64,000 nucleotides of DNA. It comes from Candidatus Saccharimonadota bacterium. Lineage in GTDB: Bacteria; Patescibacteriota; Saccharimonadia; Saccharimonadales; JAXHMH01. Below, piece after piece: positions 1 to 9,582 of this stretch. The stretch's first letter is position 1. The number at the start of each line of letters is the position of its first letter. The stretch is taken from positions 280,379 to 344,378 of the forward strand of contig JAXHMH010000002.1 in NCBI GenBank assembly GCA_034521515.1, written 5' to 3'. The translations under genes were made by a program, and so were the position numbers. Below the pieces are notes generated by a model. That model saw only the letters and a list, made by a program, of their open reading frames with translations. It was not told the origin of the DNA and did not search any database.

Positions 1-183
1 CATAGAAACCGGCTTTTCCCCGACCATAGCTGTACCAAGAACAACTGTATCACCATAGCGCACAATAACTGACGCAGATGAGCGAAAACCAACACGCCCA
101 ACTTCGAGCGATAGCTGGCGGCCGCAGAATTCCGTTTCTACTTTAATAATGTCTTTACCAAAAGGGTTTATAGTTCGTCCCAT
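1..183 (-). CDS. pnp: polynucleotide phosphorylase, N-terminal fragment (gene runs off the window start)
   Basis: Reverse translation from the ATG at 183 gives MGRTINPFGKDIIKVETEFCGRQLSLEVGRVGFRSSASVIVRYGDTVVLGTA, a typical PNPase N-terminus. It lies directly downstream of rpsO, as in the conserved rpsO-pnp operon. Confidence 0.8.
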   Translation of the reverse strand, partial: MGRTINPFGKDIIKVETEFCGRQLSLEVGRVGFRSSASVIVRYGDTVVLGTAMVGEKPVSM

Positions 184-315
184 TTGTCTCTCTTTCTTCG
201 AAGTAGCCATCAACAAGGTGCAAATATACACTGACTACCCCTTGTGCGTAACTGGGTGCTGTATATCTGGTATCTGTTGACGTCTACTGTTTAGTATTTA
301 ATGTGCACAAGTTCA

Positions 316-339
316 TCCCTCACCTTAAGTGGTGAGGGA
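316..339 (-). promoter_or_regulatory. stem-loop between rpsO and pnp (attenuator or processing hairpin candidate)
   Basis: TCCCTCACC (316-324) pairs perfectly with GGTGAGGGA (331-339), a 9-bp stem. No U-run follows on the minus strand, so it is not a classic terminator. Confidence 0.4.
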
Positions 340-353
340 CTAATCTATGCAAA

Positions 354-620
354 TTACCTTCTAATACCGAGTTTCTTGATTAGATCTAGATACTCTTGAC
401 TATCATGTTTAGCGATGTATTTTAGCAATCGTTTGCGCTTCCCGACAGCCTGTAGCAAACCGCGACGAGCCATAAAATCATGTTTATGTGTCTTTAGGTG
501 CTCAGTGAGCTCCTTGACTCTTTCGGTTAAAATACCGGCCTGAACTGCAGCAGAACCAGTGTCTTTCTTGTCTTTTTGCAGACTAGCAACTACTTTGCTT
601 TTCTTCTCGGTTGAGATCAT
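354..620 (-). CDS. rpsO: 30S ribosomal protein S15
   Basis: 88-aa ORF with an S15-like sequence (GSAAVQAGILTERVKELTEHLKTHKHDFMARRGLL) sitting upstream of pnp. Confidence 0.95.
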   Translation of the reverse strand: MISTEKKSKVVASLQKDKKDTGSAAVQAGILTERVKELTEHLKTHKHDFMARRGLLQAVGKRKRLLKYIAKHDSQEYLDLIKKLGIRR

Positions 621-727
621 TCACTTCCTTAAACTCTTAGACTAATAATAAAGAGAACTGATGGCGTTACTCAGGATTCTACCATACCTGTCCCTGTTAC
701 GCAAGCCTAGTAACCTGAATTATGTGT

Positions 728-2386
728 TCAACTGCCCACGTAAACTGTTTCGCCACCAATATTGTTCACAAAATAGGTGTCATGGCTGATATATAAAATG
801 GCGCCATGATACTGGTTTAAGGCACTCTCCAATTCTTCAATACTGGGTAAATCAAGGTGGTTAGTCGGTTCATCTAAAATGAGTACCTGGGGGTCATTCG
901 CAAGCATGCTGATCAGTTGAAACCGAGCTTTTTGACCTCCGCTAAGCAGTTTGAGAGGCATTGCGCCGTCGGTTTGTGGGTTAAATAAATAGTCGCTTAA
1001 AAGCTGTTTGATTTTTTGACCACCAATTTTCACATCTTTTTGAAGATATACTTGTTCAATAGCCTGTTCCAGCGTTTTTTCAAGTAACTTTGGAGCAATT
1101 TCTTGCTCGTAATTACCTAAGGTCAGCTCTTTCTCGGTTAGTATATCGCCCGCCAGCATCTGGCTCTCTGTCTTTTCGTCACCTGCATGAGCCAAAATTG
1201 ACTTTACTAGCGTGGTTTTGCCTGCGCCATTACGACCATGCAAACGTAGCCTATCACCTTCCCGTAGCTGGAAGTTCATATCATTAAATAACGGTATCTT
1301 ATTATAGCCTAGTGATAATTTACTAGCCTCAACGAGCAAACGGTTGGATTTTGTTTCAGCAGTACGAGCCCTGATTCTAATGTTTCGAGTTTTGTGCTCC
1401 TCGTAGGAGGCGCTCATTTTAGTATTAAGCCCCTGCGCTGATTCTTTATCTATCCAAAACGACGGCTTATCAATCTGTTGCAGCTGAGCAAGTTCTTTTT
1501 TAGCTCGAGCTTCTAGTGATTTAAAACGAGCAATTGTACCTGGGTCGCGAGCTCGCTCTTTAAGCCTTTTAAATCGCAGGACATCGTCTTGCAGGTTGGC
1601 AATGCGTCGCTGAGTAACTTCGTATTCGTTAACTTCGGAAGTAATTTTAGATGTATTTATTTTTAGATACGCGTCGTAATTGCCCGGCGAGCTAATGGCT
1701 CGGCCGTCTCGGACTTCTACAATCCTATCAACCTTGCTCAATACATCGCGATCATGCGTAATCACTACCACTGCCTCTGGAGTCTTGCCAAACCAGCTCA
1801 AGAAACGTTCTTTTGCTATAAAATCCATGTGGTTGGTTGGCTCATCAATTAACGCCAAGTCGGCCTTAGCGTGCTGCACTTTAACGAGCTCCACGAACCG
1901 CTTTTGCCCTCCAGAAAGCTGACCAATCTGACCGCGAATTTGTAATTCATCCAAACCATACGCTTCTAGGCTCTGAATAATCTCCTCCTCAACCATAAAA
2001 TAACCAAGTGTAGAGAACTGCTCTAATGCATCGCTATATTGACTGATTTTTTTATTGTTTGGACTCATCGCATCGGGAAATGTGTCAATTATATGCTTCA
2101 GTTCAGCGTACTTAGGTAGGTCATCTAATATGTATCCCAATACAGGGGTGTCTTCAAGACCCTGATGCTCTTGCCGGGAAGAAATCGTGATAAGGTTTTT
2201 TCTATATTCAATCGTGCCGTCAAAGTCTTTATCTAGTCCAGTCATCATGTTAAACAACGTGGTTTTTCCCGTACCATTACGACCAATCAGCCCAACCTTT
2301 TCCTTAGATTGTAGCTGCAATGAAAGCCCTTGGTACAGGACATTACCTCCAAAGGATTTTTCAGCTATATTAATGTTGGCAATCAT
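728..2386 (-). CDS. ABC-F family ATPase (two tandem ABC domains, no transmembrane domain)
   Basis: Two Walker A sites (GRNGTGKTT, GRNGAGKTT), two LSGGQ signatures and an inter-domain charged linker. Confidence 0.85.
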   Translation of the reverse strand: MIANINIAEKSFGGNVLYQGLSLQLQSKEKVGLIGRNGTGKTTLFNMMTGLDKDFDGTIEYRKNLITISSRQEHQGLEDTPVLGYILDDLPKYAELKHIIDTFPDAMSPNNKKISQYSDALEQFSTLGYFMVEEEIIQSLEAYGLDELQIRGQIGQLSGGQKRFVELVKVQHAKADLALIDEPTNHMDFIAKERFLSWFGKTPEAVVVITHDRDVLSKVDRIVEVRDGRAISSPGNYDAYLKINTSKITSEVNEYEVTQRRIANLQDDVLRFKRLKERARDPGTIARFKSLEARAKKELAQLQQIDKPSFWIDKESAQGLNTKMSASYEEHKTRNIRIRARTAETKSNRLLVEASKLSLGYNKIPLFNDMNFQLREGDRLRLHGRNGAGKTTLVKSILAHAGDEKTESQMLAGDILTEKELTLGNYEQEIAPKLLEKTLEQAIEQVYLQKDVKIGGQKIKQLLSDYLFNPQTDGAMPLKLLSGGQKARFQLISMLANDPQVLILDEPTNHLDLPSIEELESALNQYHGAILYISHDTYFVNNIGGETVYVGS

Positions 2387-3168
2387 ACGCTGGCCTCTGG
2401 TAATCCTTTTAGATGTTCCTCGATAACATCAGCGTTTATGTTGTCCAAGGAAACGGCGTCATCAATGTTAAAGTCGCCCACTGCGGTGCGGCGTAAATCT
2501 GCCATGTACGCCCCCGTGCCAAGCTCTTTGCCTATGTCATCTACCAAACTTCTAATGTATGTACCAGAGGAAACGTCAGCCGTAAACGTAAGCTCTGGGT
2601 AATCGTAGCCCGTAACTTGTGCGCTATAGACTTTTGCTCGCCTTGGCTCTAGCTCTACCTTTTTACCAGCTCGAGCCAATTTATACGCTCGCTGACCATC
2701 CACCTTAATTGCCGAGTACGCCGGTGGCACCTGCCAATACTCATAACCCTGCCTCTCAATAAACTGTGCGATGGCATTTTTTATTGTGAGTTCTGTTGGT
2801 TGCGTAGAGGATATTGTGGTGAGTTGACCCTCTTTGTCGCCAGTTGTACTAGTTTTGCCTAGCTCTACAGTGACCTGATAGGTTTTATCAAGCTTAGAAA
2901 ACTCGCTGGCTCGTTTGCAATAGGTGCCGATTGTCAAAACCAACAATCCTGTTGCCAAAGGGTCAAGTGTCCCAGTATGACCAACTTTTGTCTTCGGTAA
3001 ACGAGTTGAGGGTTTAAAAGTTTGAAAGTCTAAGGGCTCTGAGCTCTTTTCACTTTCTACTTTATACCTTTCTACGAGCGCATGCTGTCTCAGCATGCCA
3101 CGTACTTTGGCGACCACATCAAAACTAGTCCAACCTTTGGGCTTATCAACCAATAGAATTCCATTCAT
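2383..3168 (-). CDS. truB: tRNA pseudouridine(55) synthase
   Basis: N-terminus GILLVDKPKGWTSFDVV plus the HTGTLDPLATGLL catalytic motif. Confidence 0.9.
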   Translation of the reverse strand: MNGILLVDKPKGWTSFDVVAKVRGMLRQHALVERYKVESEKSSEPLDFQTFKPSTRLPKTKVGHTGTLDPLATGLLVLTIGTYCKRASEFSKLDKTYQVTVELGKTSTTGDKEGQLTTISSTQPTELTIKNAIAQFIERQGYEYWQVPPAYSAIKVDGQRAYKLARAGKKVELEPRRAKVYSAQVTGYDYPELTFTADVSSGTYIRSLVDDIGKELGTGAYMADLRRTAVGDFNIDDAVSLDNINADVIEEHLKGLPEASV

Positions 3169-3183
3169 CAGGCGCAGTATAAC

Positions 3184-4986
3184 CTATAACGGCGCATCAA
3201 ACTGTGTGTTCGGCTTATCCTGATTATGGTTAGGCTGGTTTTTAGACTGGCCAAAAGATGGTGGCATCATAGGCGGCGGCACGGCTGGTGGAGCTGTTGG
3301 ATCATTTACCTGTGGCTTTTGCGGCGAAGGTGTGGAACCTTGCGAGTTAGCGTTTGGTTGCTGGCTAGAATTTGGTAAACCCGTGCTCTCATCAATGCTA
3401 GAAACGTCAAAATACTCTTGTTTTTGTGGTTTATTGTCGGGGCTCTGTTTTTCGTGAGATAGATTAAGCTCGCCAGTTGCTCCAATATCCTCTTTTGGTG
3501 TTGCAACCGGTCCCTCTGGTGCAGCCGACGTTGCTGCTTCAACCGCCTGGCGTGCTGAATCAAGATCCGGTGTCGCTGGCGGCGCTTCTGACGAAGAAGC
3601 ATCCTGTGTGCTGGGACTATCGTGTGGTGCATTATTTTTTACATGTGGACTATGTACAGACTGCTCAATTTCCTCGAGCGTTTGTTTTGGCTCCTGTGGC
3701 GAATTTAACTTTGGAGTATTATCAGACTTTTGATCTGTAGCTTTTTTAGCTGGAGTATCCGTGCTACTTGCAGGATTTACCCCATTTTTATGAATTGACT
3801 GTTTGTCGGTCTCGGGTGCCGGTGATTCAGCCTTATCACCACTTGATTGTGGTTTATTATTATCGTGACTTAAAATTGGCGCATCGACTGGTGGCAAGCT
3901 AAGAGGATCGACTGTTTGTTCTTTATCCTCATGCTGTGTACTGCCCGTCAATGTGCCGCCTCTCGACGGAGGCTCATTTGCAAACCGGTTTGATTGTTCT
4001 GTTGGTTTTGTTGGCTTTGATTCCGATTGTTGAGTTTCCTGAGCGGTTTGCTCAGTCGTACCAGCAGGCTCGTCGTGGTGTTTTAATGTACCTTCTTCGT
4101 CAATATGGATATTTTGCACTGGTTGTTCTTTAGGCTCTTTATCATGAGCAATACTCAGCGAGCCATCAGTAGCCGGCTTGGTCTGCTCTGATTTATCATA
4201 AGTGTCAGTATTTGTTTTTGTATCAGTCGACTCTGGTTTTGGTTCTGATTTTTGCAACTTACTAGCAACCAGTTGTTGGTTGGCACCAGCATTCATAAGT
4301 TGAGCACTAATGTTCATAGTTGCCGAGGAAGTTTTATCATTACTAAACCGATCGGTCTCAGCAACAATACCAGTAAGTAGTGCCGTTGCCATCTGTGCAT
4401 CAATAACATCTTTTTTCAGATTCATTATAATGTCGGTGAGCATTTCACTTAAACTACTCGCATTTTGATCCACCCAATCAACCGAACCTAACTGGCCGGC
4501 ATCTTTTGTATTAATTGTGATAACCGTCGCATCATGCAATATGCGCCCATGGGAAACAATTGCCTGATCTAAATCTTTTTGTTCATGTACCCCGAGCGCC
4601 AAAACTGCATCAACGTTAAAGTCGCCTTGACTAAACACAAGGTCTTTCTCGCTTATAGATGTGTGATATGGAGTAATAAAAATTTTGACCTGAGTGTCTT
4701 GAACTTTATAGCGTAGCTTGTCGGCTTTGGACTTATCGAGCGCAATAATAAAATCACGTAAACTGTCGGTGTTTTTCTCAATGGTGTCTTCTGGCTTCAA
4801 AAACTCGATAGTAGAAGGTATTGAACCACTAAAAACAGCCGTCGCGTGCTTGCCAAGCTTATTTAACGCCAAAGTTATACCGATAGCACTCGCTAGCTGA
4901 TCAACCGACGGGTCGGAACTCACGGTCACGAGGACATTGTTCGATTCCTTGACACGTTCAATAATTGAGGTTTTTGTATTTTCCAT
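3184..4986 (-). CDS. DHH/NrnA-like protein with degenerate catalytic motifs and a ~360-aa low-complexity C-terminal tail
   Basis: The first ~235 aa follow the NrnA layout (VLVTVSSDPSVDQLASAIG..., TALLTGIVAETDRFS). The DHH position reads NTK. The rest is a P/Q/S/T/K/E-rich tail. The position upstream of truB matches the common nrnA-truB linkage. Confidence 0.5.
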   Translation of the reverse strand: MENTKTSIIERVKESNNVLVTVSSDPSVDQLASAIGITLALNKLGKHATAVFSGSIPSTIEFLKPEDTIEKNTDSLRDFIIALDKSKADKLRYKVQDTQVKIFITPYHTSISEKDLVFSQGDFNVDAVLALGVHEQKDLDQAIVSHGRILHDATVITINTKDAGQLGSVDWVDQNASSLSEMLTDIIMNLKKDVIDAQMATALLTGIVAETDRFSNDKTSSATMNISAQLMNAGANQQLVASKLQKSEPKPESTDTKTNTDTYDKSEQTKPATDGSLSIAHDKEPKEQPVQNIHIDEEGTLKHHDEPAGTTEQTAQETQQSESKPTKPTEQSNRFANEPPSRGGTLTGSTQHEDKEQTVDPLSLPPVDAPILSHDNNKPQSSGDKAESPAPETDKQSIHKNGVNPASSTDTPAKKATDQKSDNTPKLNSPQEPKQTLEEIEQSVHSPHVKNNAPHDSPSTQDASSSEAPPATPDLDSARQAVEAATSAAPEGPVATPKEDIGATGELNLSHEKQSPDNKPQKQEYFDVSSIDESTGLPNSSQQPNANSQGSTPSPQKPQVNDPTAPPAVPPPMMPPSFGQSKNQPNHNQDKPNTQFDAPL

Positions 4987-5165
4987 TTTTTATTTTATTT
5001 GACCTCTGTTATTATCCTACCACAATTGCTTATGGTTGTCCATATCATTTAGCCATATATCGTAAAACTCCTATCAATCTCTTGAATCCTCTCTTTACAA
5101 TCAGAGGTAAAAGTGGTACATTCAATTCCGACATTTAATTATAAAATACGTAACTGAGGAACCAG

Positions 5166-5528
5166 ATGCCGATTATTCAGTCAGCCAAGAAGCGCGTGCG
5201 AGTCGCCCGCAAAGCAACCGTGCGGAACTTCAAAACTAAACGAACAATGCGTAGCGCAATAAAAGACTTTCAAGGTGCCCTATCCAGCGGTAAGAAAGTT
5301 GAGGAGGCACGAAAAACTGCCCAAAGCACTATCGATACTGCTGCCAAAAAAGGCATTATGCACAAGAACAAAGCTGCTCGTAAACAACGCCAGCTCGCAG
5401 CTCAAGCGAAAAATGCTAAAGGCGCCAAGAAAACAGCCAGCGCAGCAAAATCATCTACGAAGAAAACATCTACTGCTAAAAAACCAGCCTCAAAAAAGAC
5501 TACAACCAAGAAAACCACAAAAAAGTAG
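5166..5528 (+). CDS. rpsT: 30S ribosomal protein S20 with a lysine/alanine/threonine-rich C-terminal extension
   Basis: MPIIQSAKKRVRVARKATVRN is a canonical S20 start. At 120 aa it is longer than the usual ~86 aa, because of the tail AKKTASAAKSSTKKTSTAKKPASKKTTTKKTTKK. Confidence 0.9.
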   Translation: MPIIQSAKKRVRVARKATVRNFKTKRTMRSAIKDFQGALSSGKKVEEARKTAQSTIDTAAKKGIMHKNKAARKQRQLAAQAKNAKGAKKTASAAKSSTKKTSTAKKPASKKTTTKKTTKK

Positions 5529-5556
5529 ATAATTTATAGTCTACAATTAACAGCTT

Positions 5557-5581
5557 ACCCGCTCACCGGAGCGGGTTTTTA
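5557..5581. terminator. hairpin terminator shared by the convergent rpsT and holA genes
   Basis: ACCCGCTC (5557-5564) pairs with GAGCGGGT (5569-5576) and is followed by TTTT. Confidence 0.6.
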
Positions 5582-6499
5582 TGTACTAACCTGTAGTAAG
5601 TAGTATTGAATCGCTTCATCAGCATCAATCGATGTTGACTTAAGCCGAATATCGAGTATGTGCAATTCGTGAACGAGTTGTTTTATCCGAGAAAACGGTA
5701 TTTTTTTTGCAATTGTAGTGGTTTTTTGTAGAACAAAAGGGCTGATTTTCGCCTCTTTAACAATTTCTGATTGAGACTTCTGACCAGCAGCCTTAATAAC
5801 CGACAAGACATGTAATTGCCAGGCAATCATCGGCACAATTGCCATCGGATCAACGCCTTGTGATCGTTGGTCTTCATACAGTTGCTGCACACGCTTTTTA
5901 TCGCCCGAGAATGCGGCGTCAAGTAATTGGAAAATAGTGCTTTGTGGCATCCTCTCACATAAAAGCTCAATTGACTGGCGAGTTACATTAGTATCATAAG
6001 TAATAAGCTTGCGTAGCTCAGCATCAAGAAGCTGCTGATTTGCACCAACGCGGTCAATTAAGTATCTAGCGTCTGAAGACTTAAGCGTAGCTTTACGTTC
6101 TTTAGCTGTTTTAACCAACCAGTCTGCAAGTTGGTAAGTGTCTAGTTCGTTATACTCCTGATAGCTCGTCAATTTCTTTAAGTTTTTAAAGTAGCTCGAT
6201 CGCTTATCAAGTTTAGGCTCAATAATAAGTACGTCGTTGCTGTCTGGAATAATATCTAGCAACTGCTCAAGTTTTTCGGTAAACTCTTTCTGAGCACTGG
6301 GCTTATGTAGCACAATCAGTCTCTTGTCGGCCAAAAAAGGCAGCGCTTGAACCGCTTCCACAATGCGCTGATAACTAGCCTCTTCTCCGTCAACTCGCTC
6401 CAAAGCAATGTCGCCATACTTAGCCAAAAAGGCGTCGGTTTGCCGGCTAAGCTCTTGCTGTAGCAAAAAAGTATTCGACCCAGTTAACGTAGTAATCAT
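5579..6499 (-). CDS. holA: DNA polymerase III subunit delta
   Basis: The protein is about 306 aa and starts MITTLTGSNTFLLQQELSR. Size and layout fit the delta subunit. The ORF extends to 6529, but the internal Met at 6499 is the likelier start. Confidence 0.75.
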   Translation of the reverse strand: MITTLTGSNTFLLQQELSRQTDAFLAKYGDIALERVDGEEASYQRIVEAVQALPFLADKRLIVLHKPSAQKEFTEKLEQLLDIIPDSNDVLIIEPKLDKRSSYFKNLKKLTSYQEYNELDTYQLADWLVKTAKERKATLKSSDARYLIDRVGANQQLLDAELRKLITYDTNVTRQSIELLCERMPQSTIFQLLDAAFSGDKKRVQQLYEDQRSQGVDPMAIVPMIAWQLHVLSVIKAAGQKSQSEIVKEAKISPFVLQKTTTIAKKIPFSRIKQLVHELHILDIRLKSTSIDADEAIQYYLLQVST

Positions 6500-6590
6500 G
6501 CAGCTAGCTCCTGTTGGCATTTTAGGCATACGTGGGTTCCACCCCAGTAGTAAACTCCTCCTGAGTTACTACGAGGCAAGCGCCCAGCAA

Positions 6591-7640
6591 CTACTCTTTT
6601 TGGCATTTTGTACATATGTGCGTTCCTCTTCCAGCAACTCTTATTTTCTGAATGAATATACCCGGATGACGTGGGCATTGTTGCCCTTCGCGCCTAAATA
6701 CTCGCGCAAAACTGAGATAACTACCGCGCTTTCCCTCGGCGCTGACATAATCTTTATCAGTGCTGCCGCCTTTTTCTATAGCCAGCTCCAGCACATAGCG
6801 CAGTTCTTGAAATAATGTGTTCAGCTTGGCTGCAGGCACATTCTTGACCAGCGTTTTTGGATTAATTTTTGCCCCCCAAAGCGACTCGTCGGCGTAAATA
6901 TTGCCTACTCCGGCAAGAACCGTCTGGTCTAATATTGCTGCTTTTATGTTGGTGTTCTTACGCCGCTGCAAACGTTCTATAAATTGATCGGCAGTAAAAC
7001 TAGTTTCTAGCGGTTCTGGCCCAACTTTTTTCATAAAATCAATGTTAGGAACTTCAATTGTTGGGATAAGTTTGACCCACCCAAACTTGCGTTGGTCATT
7101 AAAGAAAAGATGCGCACCACACTGCTGTGCTTTTTGGCCAAGCCAAAAATCTTGCCAGTGTTCTTGACCTACTGCGGTGTCAACTGCTCCAGTACTCAGG
7201 CGCCGTACGTCATGTACGACTTCTTCCGTGCTTCGCAGTTTCCTTACATTAGACTCAAGTGCATCATCTCTTCCTTGCAGACAGAGTATTACCCTTGTTG
7301 ATTTATCCGGCAGTCTATCAACTAAGCTACTGTTAGGGTGTCCGGCACCAAACCGTTCCTCTTGACGCTTGACGCTTGACGCTTGACGCTTGACGTACAC
7401 CATCTGGCCGGTCATTTTCAAGTGACATACTAGTGAATACTGGCTATCCAGCTCAATCAATAAGACCTTAGCCCGACGCTTCACAGCCGTCACGCAAGCG
7501 CCAATTAAAAACTGCTCAACATCTGACTCGGCGTTCGGAAACGACTTAGCCCAATCATGCCAAACCGCAGCCACTCGTTTTCCAACAATTAGCTCTGATA
7601 ACCCACGCCTGACGGTCTCAACTTCAGGCAACTCTGGCAT
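6591..7640 (-). CDS. mutM: formamidopyrimidine-DNA glycosylase (Fpg/MutM) with a large internal insertion
   Basis: MPELPEVETVRRGL is the catalytic N-terminus (Pro2, Glu3). A C-terminal zinc-finger-like CPRH...CTKC is present. At 349 aa it exceeds the usual ~270-280 aa. Confidence 0.85.
   Translation of the reverse strand: MPELPEVETVRRGLSELIVGKRVAAVWHDWAKSFPNAESDVEQFLIGACVTAVKRRAKVLLIELDSQYSLVCHLKMTGQMVYVKRQASSVKRQEERFGAGHPNSSLVDRLPDKSTRVILCLQGRDDALESNVRKLRSTEEVVHDVRRLSTGAVDTAVGQEHWQDFWLGQKAQQCGAHLFFNDQRKFGWVKLIPTIEVPNIDFMKKVGPEPLETSFTADQFIERLQRRKNTNIKAAILDQTVLAGVGNIYADESLWGAKINPKTLVKNVPAAKLNTLFQELRYVLELAIEKGGSTDKDYVSAEGKRGSYLSFARVFRREGQQCPRHPGIFIQKIRVAGRGTHICTKCQKE
7363..7397. repeat. heptanucleotide tandem repeat (TTGACGC x4 plus one imperfect copy) inside mutM
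   Basis: Read directly from the sequence: ttgacgc ttgacgc ttgacgc ttgacgc ttgacgt. It encodes YVKRQASSVKRQ on the minus strand. Confidence 0.95.
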
Positions 7641-7824
7641 ACTCGCCCCTCACACCACACCAGCATACAACCGAACCAGTAGCCTGTCCTGTTGGTGTTC
7701 TTGACACATTTTGCATCTTTTCTCTCCAGTACTCAGTCACGGTACCTATTGTACCGCTAATTGCGGTGCTTCAAGAATAAAATCCAAACTGTACACAAGT
7801 GTGAAATGCGAAAGACAATATATA

Positions 7825-8070
7825 ATGGTCAACATGTCCGATAATATTGGCGATTTACTAAAGCAACGTAATTACGACGAGCCGCCAGAAGTTACGGCAA
7901 TCAAAAAGTTCATGCACGAAAAGTTTAATGCCGCTGGCACAGTTTCTGTACGCGACTCCCAAATTATTATCGCAGTCCAGTCTGCAGCACTCGCTGGTAC
8001 ACTCCGTATGCATCAGCCAGAGCTGCAAAAATTAGCCGGTGACAAAAAGGTTATTCTGCGGATTGGATAG
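7825..8070 (+). CDS. DUF721/DciA-like small protein
   Basis: From the internal Met the protein reads MVNMSDNIGDLL...VSVRDSQIIIAVQSAALAGTLRMHQPELQKLAG..VILRIG. This resembles the DUF721 pattern, recalled from memory. Confidence 0.5.
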   Translation: MVNMSDNIGDLLKQRNYDEPPEVTAIKKFMHEKFNAAGTVSVRDSQIIIAVQSAALAGTLRMHQPELQKLAGDKKVILRIG

Positions 8071-8272
8071 AACGAACTTCTGTTGACGCATGAATTACTA
8101 GTGCGCCTGCACACCACTCACCCTCTGGAACTCTTGTAACTTCTTGCCCTCGACGAAGAGCGATGAGGGCAGCACTATCCCAAGGCAAACCAGAGAACTC
8201 TGCTGGAACGTCTTCTTCCTGCTCATAGCTAAAGCTATCGGCTCCTGAACCAGCTTTTTCTAACAGTGACAT
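8051..8272 (-). CDS. hypothetical small acidic protein
   Basis: 73-aa ORF with an AAGGAA-like ribosome-binding site upstream of the ATG. No recognisable family. Confidence 0.35.
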   Translation of the reverse strand: MSLLEKAGSGADSFSYEQEEDVPAEFSGLPWDSAALIALRRGQEVTRVPEGEWCAGALVIHASTEVRSIQSAE

Positions 8273-8380
8273 ATTTGTTTTCCTTTTTTAATTTATAGGA
8301 ACTATATAACAGTAAAAACCTCGCTACATCCACTGTCAATAGCGTCCCATAAAGTTATCAAACAACCATCGTTTTTTATA

Positions 8381-8962
8381 TCACTTATGGTCTAAATCGG
8401 CCAATATTCGCTTAAGCTCTTGCTTAAGCTGTTTTAAATCACGGTAAACAACTGCCTGCATACCAATATCTCGAGCCGCCTCACAATAGCGCTCAATGTC
8501 GTCAATCATGACTGCTTCTTGTGGCTCGACATTAAGCTTTTTGCAAACCAATTCAAAAATCTGTGGATCCGGCTTTGTCATTCCCGTCTCATAAGAAAAC
8601 ACCATGGCATCAAATAACTCTTGCTCGTCTGGGGTTAAGAATGAATCGGTAATCCACGGGGTTGCCACGTTGCTAAGCAAACCGATTTTATAGCGCGGCT
8701 TTAACTGCTTAATATAAATAAGCAGTTGTTCATTTTTTATGGTGTTTTCTACCCTTATGTCTTCCAGCTCAGTGAAAGTACTTCCTGTTGCTTGTTTAAT
8801 CTGTTCTGCTGCCGTTTCTTTGTCTAGTAACCCAGCATCGTACGCCCTGTGTGTTTCACGTGCCGCATTAGTATCGGCGCTCTCTGGCAAGCTATCAATA
8901 AAAGCCCGCCACGTATCAGTAGTCAAAACACCGAAGCAATCAAAGATTATCGCTTTAATCAT
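8381..8962 (-). CDS. HAD-superfamily hydrolase
   Basis: Motif I IIFDCFGVLT, a later LLSN motif and a MIDD motif. Confidence 0.8.
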   Translation of the reverse strand: MIKAIIFDCFGVLTTDTWRAFIDSLPESADTNAARETHRAYDAGLLDKETAAEQIKQATGSTFTELEDIRVENTIKNEQLLIYIKQLKPRYKIGLLSNVATPWITDSFLTPDEQELFDAMVFSYETGMTKPDPQIFELVCKKLNVEPQEAVMIDDIERYCEAARDIGMQAVVYRDLKQLKQELKRILADLDHK

Positions 8963-8979
8963 ACCTCTAGTCTAGCAAA

Positions 8980-9582
8980 CTATCTGATGCCAAGACCGCT
9001 GGTAAGATCTCGGTAATCCGTAATCTGTGCCTCAAAGAGTTTCCGTACAGTACTCATGTCGCCACCGAAGCTTCCGTCTCTACGGGAACAAGATGTCGCC
9101 CACAATCTAGATACCTCATCGCCTTCTTCTTCAATTTCCATAATAAACCGGCGTCCAAAAGGACACATCCCACGTTCGTCATCGCTACGAGCTACCTGCT
9201 CCTCCGTATAACCGGCTTTGTCTAGAGCGTATAAGAACGCCTCGAACGCCGCCTGGTTATTTGGATAAGTTTGTCTGTTAACAACCGACCCTGTGTAACC
9301 ACTAAGCTGTTCGACAGTTCGTCGACCCTTAGTAACACTAATACGCACCGCGTTAAACTCATCTTGACCAACAATATTACCTTGCACCGTATAGCGCACA
9401 GTTGCTGAGGTATCAACATAATCAGTCACGTCAACTTGCTCGACTGGTATATCGGCACTGGGAGTCATTAACCTAACCGCAATCAATACAACGATTACGA
9501 TTACAGCAATTATTGCTCCCAATAGCGCCAATCCATACCTGTTCATAAGCATTATTATAACACGCTTATAGCTATTTTTCAA
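8980..9582 (-). CDS. membrane-anchored hypothetical protein
   Basis: N-terminal hydrophobic helix LALLGAIIAVIVIVVLIAV followed by a soluble domain. The start codon is uncertain (Met1, Met11 or Met13). Confidence 0.5.
   Translation of the reverse strand: MKNSYKRVIIMLMNRYGLALLGAIIAVIVIVVLIAVRLMTPSADIPVEQVDVTDYVDTSATVRYTVQGNIVGQDEFNAVRISVTKGRRTVEQLSGYTGSVVNRQTYPNNQAAFEAFLYALDKAGYTEEQVARSDDERGMCPFGRRFIMEIEEEGDEVSRLWATSCSRRDGSFGGDMSTVRKLFEAQITDYRDLTSGLGIR

Noticed and set aside
3306-4133. ORFs 3306-3632, 3477-3740 and 3936-4133, nested in or antisense to the NrnA-like gene
   Set aside because: They lie within the low-complexity coding region of a longer, better-supported ORF. Their Arg/His/Gln-rich or Leu-rich compositions are typical of off-frame translation.
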